Shown piece by piece: positions 18,069-27,811 of a stretch of 64,000 nucleotides of DNA. Source of the stretch: a virus; the IMG/VR virus record IMGVR_UViG_3300050821_007764, positions 25,049-89,048 of that record; one strand, given 5' to 3'. Both the position numbers and the translations under genes were made by a program. The notes under the pieces were generated by a model. It made no database searches. It saw only the letters and a list, made by a program, of their open reading frames with translations, and was not told the origin of the DNA. How positions within the stretch are numbered: position 1 is the stretch's first letter; each line of letters opens with the position of its first letter.

Positions 18069-19853
18069 GTGGCGTCGCTCGACAACGTGGACCTGCGGCT
18101 GGTGGACTCCGTTGCCGAGGCCGTGGAGTTCAAACGGTTCCTGTCCGGGCGGCACGACAGCAACATCCTGGCCATTGACACAGAGTCATCATCACTCATG
18201 TGCTATGGAGCCGGTGAAAAACTCCGACTCATACAGATCGGCGACAAGCACTCCGGCTGGGTCATTCCCTGGGAACAGTGGGGTGGCGTCGCCGTCGAGG
18301 CCATCAGAGAATGGGAAGGCGACTGGGGCCTCCACAACGCCCCCCATGACTACCAGTGGCTCAGCCACCACGCCGGAGTCGAACTCCCCTGGCACCGCAT
18401 CCACGAGACCATGGTGCAAGTGGCCCTGGTGGACCCGCTCAAACCCAAGGGCCTCAAACCGGTCAGCGAGCGCATCTTCGGCAAAGCCGCACTGGCCGGG
18501 CAGAGCACCCTCAAGGCCGCCATGCAGGAACAGGGCTGGACCTGGGCAACCGTCCCCCTCGACTTCATGCCGTACATCATCTATGCCGCCCTGGACCCCG
18601 TGCTCACCTCGTGGATCGATGACGAGTACCGGCCGCAGGTCATGGAGGCAGCCTCCCAAGCGTACGACCTGGAACGCGGCGCACAGCGTGTCTGTACACG
18701 AATGATGCAGCGCGGAATGCTTCTGGACGTACCCTATGTAAACGCGGCACGGGACAAGCTCGTCGCTTACTCGGAGAAGGCCCGTGAATGGCTGAAGAGC
18801 CGTCACGGAATCACATCGCCAAACTCCGCCGCACAGCTCCGCCGGGCCTTCGAGGCGTACGGGCAGGAAATCCTGTTTTACACGAATGCCGGAGCACCGC
18901 AGTTTGACAAGCGCGCGCTGACATTCTATAAGATTGAAGGACAGAACCGGGACATTGAACAGGTAGCGGATTGTGTCCTGAAGATCAGGCATGCCGAGAA
19001 AATTATCGGATCATACATGGATAATTTTCTCAAGTTCCGTGACCCGGATGACGTCATTCACGCCAGTATCAATACCCTGGCGGCGCGTACGGGAAGAATG
19101 TCTGTAACGGGTCCGGCACTCCAGACCCTGCACCGTAATGACAAGATTGTCCGTGGCTCCTACATCCCGCGCCCAGGGCATGTATTCGTCACCTGTGACC
19201 TCTCCCAGGTGGAGTCAAGGCTCGCGGCCCACTTTACAGGCGACAAGGGCCTCGTGGACGCCTTCTGGGCAGCGGAGAGGGACGGCACGGACTTCTTCTG
19301 CGAGCTGGGCGAGTCCATTTTCGGGGAGCCGATCAGCAAGAAGGACCCCCGCCGGAACATGGTCAAGACCATTGTTTACCGCACCAATTACGGCGGCGGC
19401 GACAATATCGAGGAAATGGCCATCACCGCCGAGGTTCCCGTGGCGCAGATGGCCAAGGCAAAGGCAGGATTCGACAGCCGTTTCCCTGGCGTCAAGGCGG
19501 AACTCCAGCACACGGCGGACGTTGCCAAGCGCCGCAACCCGCCGCACCTGTTCAGCCCGTACGGACGGCGTTTCATGCTGGACCGGGGCAGCGAATACAC
19601 CCAGGGATTCAACGCCAGAATCCAGGGACACGCGGCAGAGTATTTCAAGAAAAACCTGCTGGACATCGACGCGGCTGGGCTCGGCGAATATATGGTGTTG
19701 GTTGTTCACGATGAGGTGATTGCCGAAGTGCCAATCGACATGGCCGAAGAAGCCAAGCATGTCATCGAAACCTGCATGACCGACCGTGAAGGGTACAAGG
19801 TGCCCATCACAGCCGAAGCCAACATCCTCACGGAGCGGTGGGCAAAGACATGA
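18069..19853 (+). CDS. DNA polymerase family A with 3'-5' exonuclease
   Basis: Exo motifs IDTE, HNAPHD, YAALD; ARTGRMS; motif A DLSQVESR; motif B KTIVYRTNYG; motif C VHDE. Confidence 0.95.
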   Translation: MASLDNVDLRLVDSVAEAVEFKRFLSGRHDSNILAIDTESSSLMCYGAGEKLRLIQIGDKHSGWVIPWEQWGGVAVEAIREWEGDWGLHNAPHDYQWLSHHAGVELPWHRIHETMVQVALVDPLKPKGLKPVSERIFGKAALAGQSTLKAAMQEQGWTWATVPLDFMPYIIYAALDPVLTSWIDDEYRPQVMEAASQAYDLERGAQRVCTRMMQRGMLLDVPYVNAARDKLVAYSEKAREWLKSRHGITSPNSAAQLRRAFEAYGQEILFYTNAGAPQFDKRALTFYKIEGQNRDIEQVADCVLKIRHAEKIIGSYMDNFLKFRDPDDVIHASINTLAARTGRMSVTGPALQTLHRNDKIVRGSYIPRPGHVFVTCDLSQVESRLAAHFTGDKGLVDAFWAAERDGTDFFCELGESIFGEPISKKDPRRNMVKTIVYRTNYGGGDNIEEMAITAEVPVAQMAKAKAGFDSRFPGVKAELQHTADVAKRRNPPHLFSPYGRRFMLDRGSEYTQGFNARIQGHAAEYFKKNLLDIDAAGLGEYMVLVVHDEVIAEVPIDMAEEAKHVIETCMTDREGYKVPITAEANILTERWAKT

Positions 19854-20050
19854 CCAACGTAATAGACCTCGATGCGTACCGGGGGCCCGACGATGACGGT
19901 CACGACGGTAACGTCCGCTGCCCAGAATGCGGAGACGCCTGGTGGGTACCAGCTGGAGTGACAATCTCCGAGGACGGCCAGATCAACGGGTACGCCTTCC
20001 CCGTTAAGTGCCATGAGTGCGCCTATGAAATGCCGGTACCGCATGCTTGA
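19850..20050 (+). CDS. small zinc-ribbon protein
   Basis: CPEC...CHEC. Confidence 0.6.
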   Translation: MTNVIDLDAYRGPDDDGHDGNVRCPECGDAWWVPAGVTISEDGQINGYAFPVKCHECAYEMPVPHA

Positions 20051-20525
20051 TATTCCTGAATTCGTGGTCTGGCTCGATCCGGGCCTGCACACAGGCTGGG
20101 CCACCCTCTTCCACGGCGAGCACTTCGACTCCGGCGAGGGCATTCTCCCCGAGATCGGAGAACTCCTAGAGGATTACGCAGGCATCTACCAGGACAGGAT
20201 GGCCATCGGCTGGGAGCAGTTCATCATCACCCCCGGCGGCGGCCGGAGCAGTACCGCAGGACCCGCCATCGAGGTCATTGGAATGGCACGCTGGCTCGGC
20301 TACAAGCACCACTGCGAGATGCTCAAGCCGGTGCCGTCCGCCATGCGCACCAGCGTCTCCGTGGATGTACTGAAACGGCTCCAGTGGCACGCACCCGGCA
20401 TGGACCACGCCACTCAGGCGGCCCGTCACCTGGCGGCGTGGATGCTCCGGGAGAACCTGTTCACCCCGAAGGAGAAGGCGCAGATGTTCGCCGAGGAGGA
20501 TTGTCAGACCCCAGTCGTAGAGTGA
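20043..20525 (+). CDS. RuvC-like Holliday junction resolvase
   Basis: WLDPGLHTGWA; IGWEQF; DHATQAARH. Confidence 0.7.
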   Translation: MLDIPEFVVWLDPGLHTGWATLFHGEHFDSGEGILPEIGELLEDYAGIYQDRMAIGWEQFIITPGGGRSSTAGPAIEVIGMARWLGYKHHCEMLKPVPSAMRTSVSVDVLKRLQWHAPGMDHATQAARHLAAWMLRENLFTPKEKAQMFAEEDCQTPVVE

Positions 20526-22294
20526 GGGCACTGGAAGGGGAACCATTGCCACTCGCTGAACTCAATGCCGCCAAGAACCGCATTGACGTCACAACTGCGT
20601 ACACAGACAGGGAGCAGGTCAGCCAGCTTCCCGGGGCCCGCTACGACCGCAGCGACAAGACCTGGACCGCCCCGGTCAGCTGGGCCAGCTGCCTCATTCT
20701 GCGGGGACTGTTCGGGGACACCCTGGAAATCGGACCACTGTTGCATCACTGGACCTGGGTCGAATACCGCAAACGCGTCGGACCGGCTCTGCGCCTGCGG
20801 GACGTCCTGAAAGACACCACACCATTCCCCGAGCTGGACGCAGTGGAGGAGGGCAGTACGTTGAAGCTCTACCCCTACCAGCGTGTGGACGCCGCCTTCT
20901 TGACTGTCAACCGGCGTGCGCTCCTGGCCCAGCCGATGGGATTGGGCAAGGGACCAGTCGCTATTCGTACACTCCAGGTTCTCGCGTACCGGGGAATGAA
21001 CCCTTTTCCGGCACTGGTCGTCTGCCCGAACAGCCTCAAATACACCGTGTGGGCGCGGGAATTGGAACGCTGGGCACCCGAACTCGTGGTGCAGGTCGTG
21101 GACGGATCAGCCGTCAAGCGCCGCAAACAGCTCACCGAACCTGTAGATGTGCTGGTGATCAACTGGGAGGGCCTCAAGTTGCACTCCCGTGTCTCCGGTT
21201 ATGGCACCATCGCGCTCTCCGACAAGGACAAGGAGGAGAAGGAACTCAACGCGATGGGCTTGCGGTCCGTCATCTTTGACGAGGTCCACAAAATCAAGGA
21301 CCCCCACGCACAGCAGACCCGGGCTGCCTGGCAGCTCGCCCACAACGCCGAGTACTGCTTCGGTCTGACCGGAACACCCGTCGGCAACAACATTGGCGAT
21401 TTGTGGTCCATCATGCATGCCATTGAGAAGGACTGGTTCCCTCGGCGTACGAAGTTCCTGGACCGCTACGCCAAGACCGCCCTCAACTACTTCGGTGGCC
21501 ACGAGATCCTCGGCATCAACCCGCACACCAAAGCCGAACTGTTCTCCATCACCGACCCGTTGATGCGCCGCGTACTGAAAGAGGCGGCACTCCCCCAGCT
21601 CCCGCCGAAACTGCCCGTGGCGTACCGGCACACGCCGCTGACCGCCAAGCAGGCCAAGGCGTACAAGGAGATGGAAAGCTCCATGATCGCCCGCCTCAAC
21701 GAGATCCTGGTCGCCCCCTCGCCACTGGCCGCTCTCACCCGGTTGTTCCAGTTCGCCGCCGCCGCAGCGGAGATCGACGAGAAGGGCCGCGTCCGATTGT
21801 CAGTGCCGTCCCCTAAGGTGGACGACATGGTGGAGCTGCTGGAGGAGATGGGGGAAGAACCCCTGGTTGTGGCCGCTGTGAGTCGTCAGCTGATCGAGCT
21901 GGCGGCGGAGCGGCTGACCAAGCTGAAGATCCCCCACGGCCTGATCACCGGGGCCCAGGGATCGGCTCTCCGGGCCCAGGCGGTCGATGAGTTCCAGGCC
22001 GGTCAGACGCGGGTGATGCTGATGACGATCGGGGCCGGGGCCGAGGGGATCACGCTCACCCGGGCGTCCACGATGCTTTTCATGCAGCGGGATTTTTCTG
22101 AAATCAAGAATGCCCAGTCGGAAGATCGCGTTCACAGAATCGGGTCAGAACGGCACTCCGCCATTCAGATCATTGATCAGATCACACCCGGTACGGTGGA
22201 GGAGCGTAAGCTTGATCTCCTGGCTGTGAAGCAGGGCCGCATGGAGGAAATTGTCCGGGACAAGGACTCGCTCCTGAAATTGCTGGGGCGGTGA
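20522..22294 (+). CDS. SNF2-family (SF2) helicase
   Basis: MGLGKG; VVCPNSL; FDEVH; LTGTP; AEGITL; QSEDRVHRIG. Confidence 0.9.
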   Translation: MRALEGEPLPLAELNAAKNRIDVTTAYTDREQVSQLPGARYDRSDKTWTAPVSWASCLILRGLFGDTLEIGPLLHHWTWVEYRKRVGPALRLRDVLKDTTPFPELDAVEEGSTLKLYPYQRVDAAFLTVNRRALLAQPMGLGKGPVAIRTLQVLAYRGMNPFPALVVCPNSLKYTVWARELERWAPELVVQVVDGSAVKRRKQLTEPVDVLVINWEGLKLHSRVSGYGTIALSDKDKEEKELNAMGLRSVIFDEVHKIKDPHAQQTRAAWQLAHNAEYCFGLTGTPVGNNIGDLWSIMHAIEKDWFPRRTKFLDRYAKTALNYFGGHEILGINPHTKAELFSITDPLMRRVLKEAALPQLPPKLPVAYRHTPLTAKQAKAYKEMESSMIARLNEILVAPSPLAALTRLFQFAAAAAEIDEKGRVRLSVPSPKVDDMVELLEEMGEEPLVVAAVSRQLIELAAERLTKLKIPHGLITGAQGSALRAQAVDEFQAGQTRVMLMTIGAGAEGITLTRASTMLFMQRDFSEIKNAQSEDRVHRIGSERHSAIQIIDQITPGTVEERKLDLLAVKQGRMEEIVRDKDSLLKLLGR

Positions 22295-22295
22295 A

Positions 22296-23258
22296 ATGAG
22301 CAATCTCGTCCTGAGCAATTCGACAATACAGCAGTTCAAGAACTGCAAAAGGTCGTACTACCTCCGCTACTACCGGCAGCTTGCCACACCGAAACGCCGC
22401 CACAATCCCTGCGCCGTCACGGAGATCGGCACACGTGTCCACACCATCCTTGAGGCGTACTACGGATACGACGTCCCCGTGTCCACGGCACTGAGCATCA
22501 TCTACAACGCCGCCGCCGTCGAATACCCCGACCACGCCGACCAACTGGACGAGGAAGCCGTCCTCACCGAGATCATGGTGAACGGATGGTTCGAATGGGC
22601 GGCCGAGCACGGTATCGACGAAGCATTCGAAGTCGTCTCCACCGAGCAGACCATTTCCACCGAGATGGACATCGGCGGCGGCCGGAGCGTCACCCTGATC
22701 GGGAAGTTCGACCAGCAGGTACGGCGGCGGTTTGACGATGTCCTCCTGTTCAGAGACTGGAAGACGACCGGCAACCTTTCCAAGGTCGACGACCTGGTAC
22801 GCGACGAGCAGTTCCGCTTCTACTCCATGCTCTGGTCCCTTGCGGCCCCCGAGGGAGAGCGCGTCGGAGGCGGTCTGTACACCCAGCTCCGCCGGTCCAA
22901 GCAGTCCGAACGCTCCAAGGGCCCGTACTACCAGCAGACCTCCGTCTCCTACAACCGGCACGACCTCAACTCCATGTGGCTGCGCACGCGGGAGATCGCC
23001 ATCGAGATCGACCGGTTCCACCAGCGCCTGGACAACGGGGAGAACTTCCTCGCCGTTGCCTATCCACACCCGTCCATGACCTGCTCATGGATGTGCCCGT
23101 TCGTCAATGTGTGCCATATGGCGGATGACGGGTCACGGTTCGAGGATGCGCTGAACAATCTGTATGAATCGAAGGATCCATATTATTACTACGGAACAGA
23201 AGGCATCGACTTGATCAAGGAAGTCATGGGAATCAAGGAGGAACCCCGTGAGCAGTGA
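22296..23258 (+). CDS. Cas4/RecB-like PD-(D/E)XK exonuclease
   Basis: FKNCKRSY; GTRVHTILE; GKFD; DWKT; CSWMCPFVNVC. Confidence 0.85.
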   Translation: MSNLVLSNSTIQQFKNCKRSYYLRYYRQLATPKRRHNPCAVTEIGTRVHTILEAYYGYDVPVSTALSIIYNAAAVEYPDHADQLDEEAVLTEIMVNGWFEWAAEHGIDEAFEVVSTEQTISTEMDIGGGRSVTLIGKFDQQVRRRFDDVLLFRDWKTTGNLSKVDDLVRDEQFRFYSMLWSLAAPEGERVGGGLYTQLRRSKQSERSKGPYYQQTSVSYNRHDLNSMWLRTREIAIEIDRFHQRLDNGENFLAVAYPHPSMTCSWMCPFVNVCHMADDGSRFEDALNNLYESKDPYYYYGTEGIDLIKEVMGIKEEPREQ

Positions 23259-24009
23259 GCACCTCGGAATCTCCGTCATCGTCCACGGCCCCGCAAAATC
23301 CGGAAAATCCCACCTGGCAGACACCATGCCAGCTCCCCGCCTGGTCCTCGACTCAGAAATGGGCAGCCGGTTCACACCCAGCAAGAAAAAGGTCTGGGAC
23401 CCGGCAAAAGAAGCACCACCCGTCGCCGACGGCACCTGGGAAACGTGCATCGTCTACGTGCGCGACTACCGCTCCGTGCTGAAAGCGTACGAATGGCTCG
23501 ACAGCGGAAAGCACCCCTTCCGATCCGTCGCGATTGACTCAATTTCCGAGACTCAGCAGCGGGCCATCGACAGCCTCGCCGGAATCCAGCAGCCCACCCA
23601 GCAGGAATGGGGAACCCTCCTGCGGCAGGTTTCCGACCTCGTACGCCGCTTCCGGGACCTCACCACCAACCCGGTCAAACCGCTGGACGCCGTGGTGTTC
23701 ATCGCCATGACCAAGCAGGGCCGGGACGGCGACGCAACCTGGCGTCCGCACGTCCAGGGGTCGCTGGCCACGACCCTCCCTTACTACTCGGATATCGTCG
23801 GCTACCTGTGCAACACCCAGGGAGTGGACGGCACCTCGGTCCGGCGGCTGTTCGTCGGACCAGTCAACGGCTTCGAGACGGGTGAGCGCGTCGGCGGACG
23901 GCTCGGCACCCACATCGACAACCCCAACGTCACCGAGATGCTCGCCCGCGTCCGCGAGTGCAGCGTCGAAGACGTCCTCGGAACCACCAGCAAAAAGGAG
24001 CTGAAGTGA
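23248..24009 (+). CDS. Sak4-like AAA ATPase / single-strand annealing protein
   Basis: HGPAKSGKS; VLDSE; VAIDSISE; DIVGYL; located between exonuclease and SSB-like gene. Confidence 0.75.
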   Translation: MSSEHLGISVIVHGPAKSGKSHLADTMPAPRLVLDSEMGSRFTPSKKKVWDPAKEAPPVADGTWETCIVYVRDYRSVLKAYEWLDSGKHPFRSVAIDSISETQQRAIDSLAGIQQPTQQEWGTLLRQVSDLVRRFRDLTTNPVKPLDAVVFIAMTKQGRDGDATWRPHVQGSLATTLPYYSDIVGYLCNTQGVDGTSVRRLFVGPVNGFETGERVGGRLGTHIDNPNVTEMLARVRECSVEDVLGTTSKKELK

Positions 24010-24575
24010 GCGTTCTCCCCTGGCAGGACATCCGCACCGCGATGAAGGAGGGCAACGGCAAGACCCGCGTCCCCGACGGCCAGTACGACTGCAAGATCGC
24101 TTCGACTGAGCTCGGGCAGACCAGCGGCGGCTACGAGAAGGTCCGCGCCCGCTTCGTGGTCCTGTCGGGCCCGTACGAGGGCGGCAGCATCTTCATGGAC
24201 TTCGTCGTCACCGTGGACAAGCCGGGCGGCCTCAGCATGCTGGGCGAGCGCCTCGCAGTCCTGGGCATCACGGAGGACATGCTGACCGATGACCTCAAGA
24301 TGGCTGGCCTGGCCACCATGATGATTGGGCGTACCGCCCAGCTTCGTCTGGGTACGCGCACCTTCAATGACAAGGAGTACGACAACGTCACGTCGATCAA
24401 GCCCCTCGCCGCTCCAGGTGGTGGGTTCTCGTTCGGGGAGCCGGTCCCGTACGCCACACCAGCCGTAGGGGTGCCGTCGGTCCCGGGGGACAGCACGCCG
24501 GTTCCGGCCGGGTTCTCCTCCCTGGTCCCAGGCTCTCCGGCCGGTGATGACCTGCCTCCGGAGCCGCCGTTCTGA
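24006..24575 (+). CDS. ssDNA-binding protein-like (DUF669/gp2.5-like)
   Basis: VPDGQY; GPYEG; acidic/Pro C-terminal tail ending EPPF; synteny with the recombinase. Confidence 0.65.
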   Translation: MSVLPWQDIRTAMKEGNGKTRVPDGQYDCKIASTELGQTSGGYEKVRARFVVLSGPYEGGSIFMDFVVTVDKPGGLSMLGERLAVLGITEDMLTDDLKMAGLATMMIGRTAQLRLGTRTFNDKEYDNVTSIKPLAAPGGGFSFGEPVPYATPAVGVPSVPGDSTPVPAGFSSLVPGSPAGDDLPPEPPF

Positions 24576-24635
24576 TAGTCTCTGGGGTGCTGGTCCTGCA
24601 TAGAATCCAGTGATGGAGAGCCGGGACCAGCACCT

Positions 24636-24709
24636 CGGGACGTAGCTCAGCCTGGTAGAGCATCCGCTTTGGGAGCGGAGGGCCGTCGGTTCGACTCCGG
24701 CCATCCCGA
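24636..24709 (+). tRNA. tRNA-Pro(TGG)
   Basis: Cloverleaf; anticodon arm TCCGC-TTTGGGA-GCGGA. Confidence 0.9.
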
Positions 24710-24781
24710 CAGGAGGGGCTTCAAGGCGATGTGGAACCGGGTCGTCACGGCCCCTATCTCGCACCAGGGAACCGGTTCACT

Positions 24782-24854
24782 GCCCCTTTGGCCAAGCTGG
24801 TAAGGCACCGTACTCGTAATACGGAGATCGCTGGTTCAAGTCCAGCAGGGGGCT
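24782..24854 (+). tRNA. tRNA-Thr(CGT)
   Basis: Cloverleaf; CCGTA-CTCGTAA-TACGG. Confidence 0.9.
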
Positions 24855-24855
24855 C

Positions 24856-24938
24856 GCGCTCGTGGCGGAATGGCCTACGCGTCACCCTCAAAAGGTGGTC
24901 CTCTGCGGAGGGTGTGGGTTCGAATCCCACCGGGCGTA
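24856..24938 (+). tRNA. tRNA-Leu(CAA)
   Basis: Cloverleaf with long variable arm; loop CTCAAAA. Confidence 0.9.
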
Positions 24939-24944
24939 CGAGAG

Positions 24945-24973
24945 TTGACACACCCGTCAGATGTGGGTAGTGT
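24945..24973 (+). promoter_or_regulatory. sigma70-like promoter
   Basis: TTGACA-17-TAGTGT. Confidence 0.65.
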
Positions 24974-25021
24974 TCTACTCATCAGCCCGCAGGGGGCAGC
25001 AGGAACAGGAAAGAGGCACCC

Positions 25022-25654
25022 ATGGACATGGAAGACTTCGCCACGCGGTACGCCGAGCGGGCGTCGGATCTGACCGATCGGTGGAACGAGGCCAGGGAGG
25101 CATCCCAGTGTGGGTATGACCACGCCGAGGAAGAGGCGCGGGTACGCCGCACCGAGGCCCGCAGGGCACTCGATGCGGCGTACATCACGGAGACCGACGA
25201 AGCGGAAAAGGTCCGCAGCGCAGCCCGCAGCGTGGCGGACGCCCGGCTCGCCGAGGACACCGAGGCCCTGATCCAGGAGCTGACCGGCAACGGCGGGGAC
25301 GATGTCAGGCTCGCCGCCTGGATGATCAAGGCTGGCTGGTGGAGGCGCTTCCCTGAACACTGCACCCAGATCATCGAGGCCATGCCCATGACCTTCGAGC
25401 AGTTCCAGGGGTTCAAGGAGCAGCACAGCCCGGCCTGGTGCTCCGACTACGACATCTTCCTCAGCAACGCGCTCCAGGCTGGTGTCATCCCCGGCGTCAC
25501 CCCGCTGGCCGGTGCCATGTACGTGATGCAGCAGGCCATCGCCAAGGCTGACATCTACAGCTCTGACCGCCGCCCCCTGACGGCCGCCTTCGAGCAGCTC
25601 GCGGCCCTTCTCCCGCAGACCGCCGACGCCGTCACGGAGAAGTCCGAGGCGTGA
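25022..25654 (+). CDS. hypothetical protein
   Basis: ORF with RBS downstream of the 24945 promoter. Confidence 0.7.
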   Translation: MDMEDFATRYAERASDLTDRWNEAREASQCGYDHAEEEARVRRTEARRALDAAYITETDEAEKVRSAARSVADARLAEDTEALIQELTGNGGDDVRLAAWMIKAGWWRRFPEHCTQIIEAMPMTFEQFQGFKEQHSPAWCSDYDIFLSNALQAGVIPGVTPLAGAMYVMQQAIAKADIYSSDRRPLTAAFEQLAALLPQTADAVTEKSEA

Positions 25655-25724
25655 CACCCCGTGACCGCCCGGCCGACACTCTGAGGGGGGTGTCGGCCGG
25701 ACAACCACCATGGTACAATTCAGT

Positions 25725-25798
25725 GGCGGGGTAGGACAGTTCGGTAGTCCGCTGGGCTCATAACCCAGAAGTCGCAGGTTCAAATCCTGTCCCCGCCA
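25725..25798 (+). tRNA. tRNA-Met(CAT) with initiator-like anticodon stem
   Basis: Cloverleaf; CTGGG-CTCATAA-CCCAG; TACAAT -10 element just upstream. Confidence 0.9.
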
Positions 25799-25801
25799 CC
25801 G

Positions 25802-25841
25802 AGTCCCGGTCAGCTGCTCACTCCCAGCTGACCGGGACTTT
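25802..25841 (+). terminator. intrinsic terminator after tRNA-Met
   Basis: 15-bp stem AGTCCCGGTCAGCTG/CAGCTGACCGGGACT followed by TT. Confidence 0.7.
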
Positions 25842-25854
25842 CCACGTTTGACCC

Positions 25855-25884
25855 TTGACACACGGAGTGCAACACCGCTAAGCT
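25855..25884 (+). promoter_or_regulatory. sigma70-like promoter
   Basis: TTGACA-18-TAAGCT. Confidence 0.6.
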
Positions 25885-25924
25885 GACGGCATACCGAAGG
25901 AACAGGAAAGAGAAGGGTACACTC

Positions 25925-26590
25925 ATGAGCGCCGTGCACACCAATGTCATCGACCTCGAAGCCGAGCAGCGGGCCCGCAGGGGCATCCTCATGGGTCGAG
26001 GACGGCACCGCCGCACCCCCGAGTCGTGGAAGGCCATGCTCCGGGACCTCACCGAGATGCAGACCGACCGGGACCGGCTCACCGAGGAACGCGACCAGGC
26101 ACGCCAGGAAGCCGCAAAGCTGCGGGCCAGCAGCACGGACATGGCGCAGGAGGTGCGCGCGATGCGCCGGGAACTCGCCCACCTGCGGGCCCTCATGACT
26201 CCCGACCGGGACAACCCCGTCAACCAGACCACCCACGTCTTCACCATGCCCGAGCGCCCCCGCGACGAGGACGACCCGGCCGAGGTGAGTACGCACCCCA
26301 TCTCCGTCAGCGACCTCTTCGGCGACGCGGAACCGACGGTGCCTCTGGACATCCGCACCATGCGCCCCGTGGTCACCGTCCACCCCATCCCGGCCGACGA
26401 CCCGCCCATGCCGGACCACGAACCCCGGACGCCGGACGGCCAGGCCGGACCCAGGCTGGTCCAGCGGCTGCGTACCGGCTTCAACAGCGCCTCGGAGCGC
26501 GTGCAGCACGACACGACCGAGATGCAAATCCTCAACCTGTGGGACAGCCCGCAGGCAAAGACGCGGACCGACGCGCAACGCACCGCCTGA
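25925..26590 (+). CDS. hypothetical protein, coiled coil plus disordered tail
   Basis: ORF with RBS; GRHRR motif. Confidence 0.65.
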   Translation: MSAVHTNVIDLEAEQRARRGILMGRGRHRRTPESWKAMLRDLTEMQTDRDRLTEERDQARQEAAKLRASSTDMAQEVRAMRRELAHLRALMTPDRDNPVNQTTHVFTMPERPRDEDDPAEVSTHPISVSDLFGDAEPTVPLDIRTMRPVVTVHPIPADDPPMPDHEPRTPDGQAGPRLVQRLRTGFNSASERVQHDTTEMQILNLWDSPQAKTRTDAQRTA

Positions 26591-26636
26591 CCTGCGGTTT
26601 GTGCTACAATGAGAGCGCAGGACAGGGGACGTACTG

Positions 26637-27074
26637 ATGGAAAAGCAAGACGCGGTCATCTTCGACTACCAGGGCACGCTGGTCGACGTGCGCGGAATCC
26701 GGCACCTCATCGACGGGCCCGGAAGCTTCGACGCCTTCCATCTGGCCACCGTGAACTGCCTCCCGATCACGTGGGTCACCGCCGCAGCCAGCAAGGCCCA
26801 CGAAGACGGGCTCATTGTCCTGGTCGGCACCGGCATGAACGATCCGTACCGGCGGCACCTGGACTGGTGGCTCGCTGATCACGGGGTCCATGCGGACGAC
26901 GTGCAGATGCGGGTTGACAAGGACTACCGCAAGGACTTCATTGTCAAGCGGGAGATGCTGGAACGCTGGCGGCAGAAGTACAACATCATCAGGGCGTACG
27001 ACGATCGACCAGAGATATGTGATCTCTGGGAGTCGGAAGGAATTCCGGTCATCATGGTTCCAGGTTGGGAGTAA
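26637..27074 (+). CDS. HAD phosphatase resembling the 3'-phosphatase domain of T4 Pnkp (PseT)
   Basis: AVIFDYQGTLVD; RKDFIVKREM; AYDDRPEICDLW...GIPVIMV. Confidence 0.8.
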   Translation: MEKQDAVIFDYQGTLVDVRGIRHLIDGPGSFDAFHLATVNCLPITWVTAAASKAHEDGLIVLVGTGMNDPYRRHLDWWLADHGVHADDVQMRVDKDYRKDFIVKREMLERWRQKYNIIRAYDDRPEICDLWESEGIPVIMVPGWE

Positions 27075-27082
27075 ATTCGCGG

Positions 27083-27811
27083 ATGGCTCACCAGGAATTT
27101 ACCGACGCAGAAGCCATTGATATCTTGGCGTTGCATGAAGAAGGTTTCAGCAACATCGTGATAGCCGAACGGCTTGGTTTTGAGCGTCATCGTGTCGGTT
27201 ACTTTCTCAGGAGCAAGGGTCTGCGATCCACAAGGCGTCGTCAAGCAATCATTATGGTGGACGACGTAAATGCATGTTGCACTAAGTGCGAAAAGATCGT
27301 ACCTCGATCGGATCTTCCTTGGGGAAGAGTAACTGCGTTCTCTTACCAGCTCTCTTACTGCCGTAGGTGCTTGACGGACGCGACCATAAAGAATATTTCA
27401 AGCTCTGTGCCACAGTATCTACGACACAGGGAGCGTGCGCTTAAGGCCAGGGCGAAACGTGCGGGCATAACGTATGACCTCCCGGGCGGATATTTGTACG
27501 ATCTCTATGCATTGCAGCAGGGGTTGTGTTTCTACACGGATGAGCAAATGAAAATCTATTTTGGGACAGAAAAAAGTGGTTCCCGTAGAGATTCGCTATC
27601 CGTTGACAAAATCATCCCCGAGCTGGGATATGTACCGTATAACGTGGTTCTTTGCATCGCTCGCGCAAATGCAGTAAAGTACAACTGCACCCTGCAAGAA
27701 ATAAAAGAATGGCTGCCCGGTTGGTACATCCGGCTGTTGCCTAAGATCGAAGCATTGGAAATCGAGGGCACCCCCTACACGGTGGTGCCCGGATGGGACG
27801 GACCGACGTGA
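27083..27811 (+). CDS. HTH plus HNH-like (His-Me finger) endonuclease, low GC
   Basis: N-terminal HTH; CTKC..CRRC; QQGLCFYT...SVDKIIPELGYVPYNVVLC...N..K. Confidence 0.7.
   Translation: MAHQEFTDAEAIDILALHEEGFSNIVIAERLGFERHRVGYFLRSKGLRSTRRRQAIIMVDDVNACCTKCEKIVPRSDLPWGRVTAFSYQLSYCRRCLTDATIKNISSSVPQYLRHRERALKARAKRAGITYDLPGGYLYDLYALQQGLCFYTDEQMKIYFGTEKSGSRRDSLSVDKIIPELGYVPYNVVLCIARANAVKYNCTLQEIKEWLPGWYIRLLPKIEALEIEGTPYTVVPGWDGPT

Noticed and set aside
22296-23258. Cas4 as evidence of CRISPR-Cas
   Set aside because: No cas1/cas2 or array; it sits in a standard phage exonuclease-Sak4-SSB recombination module
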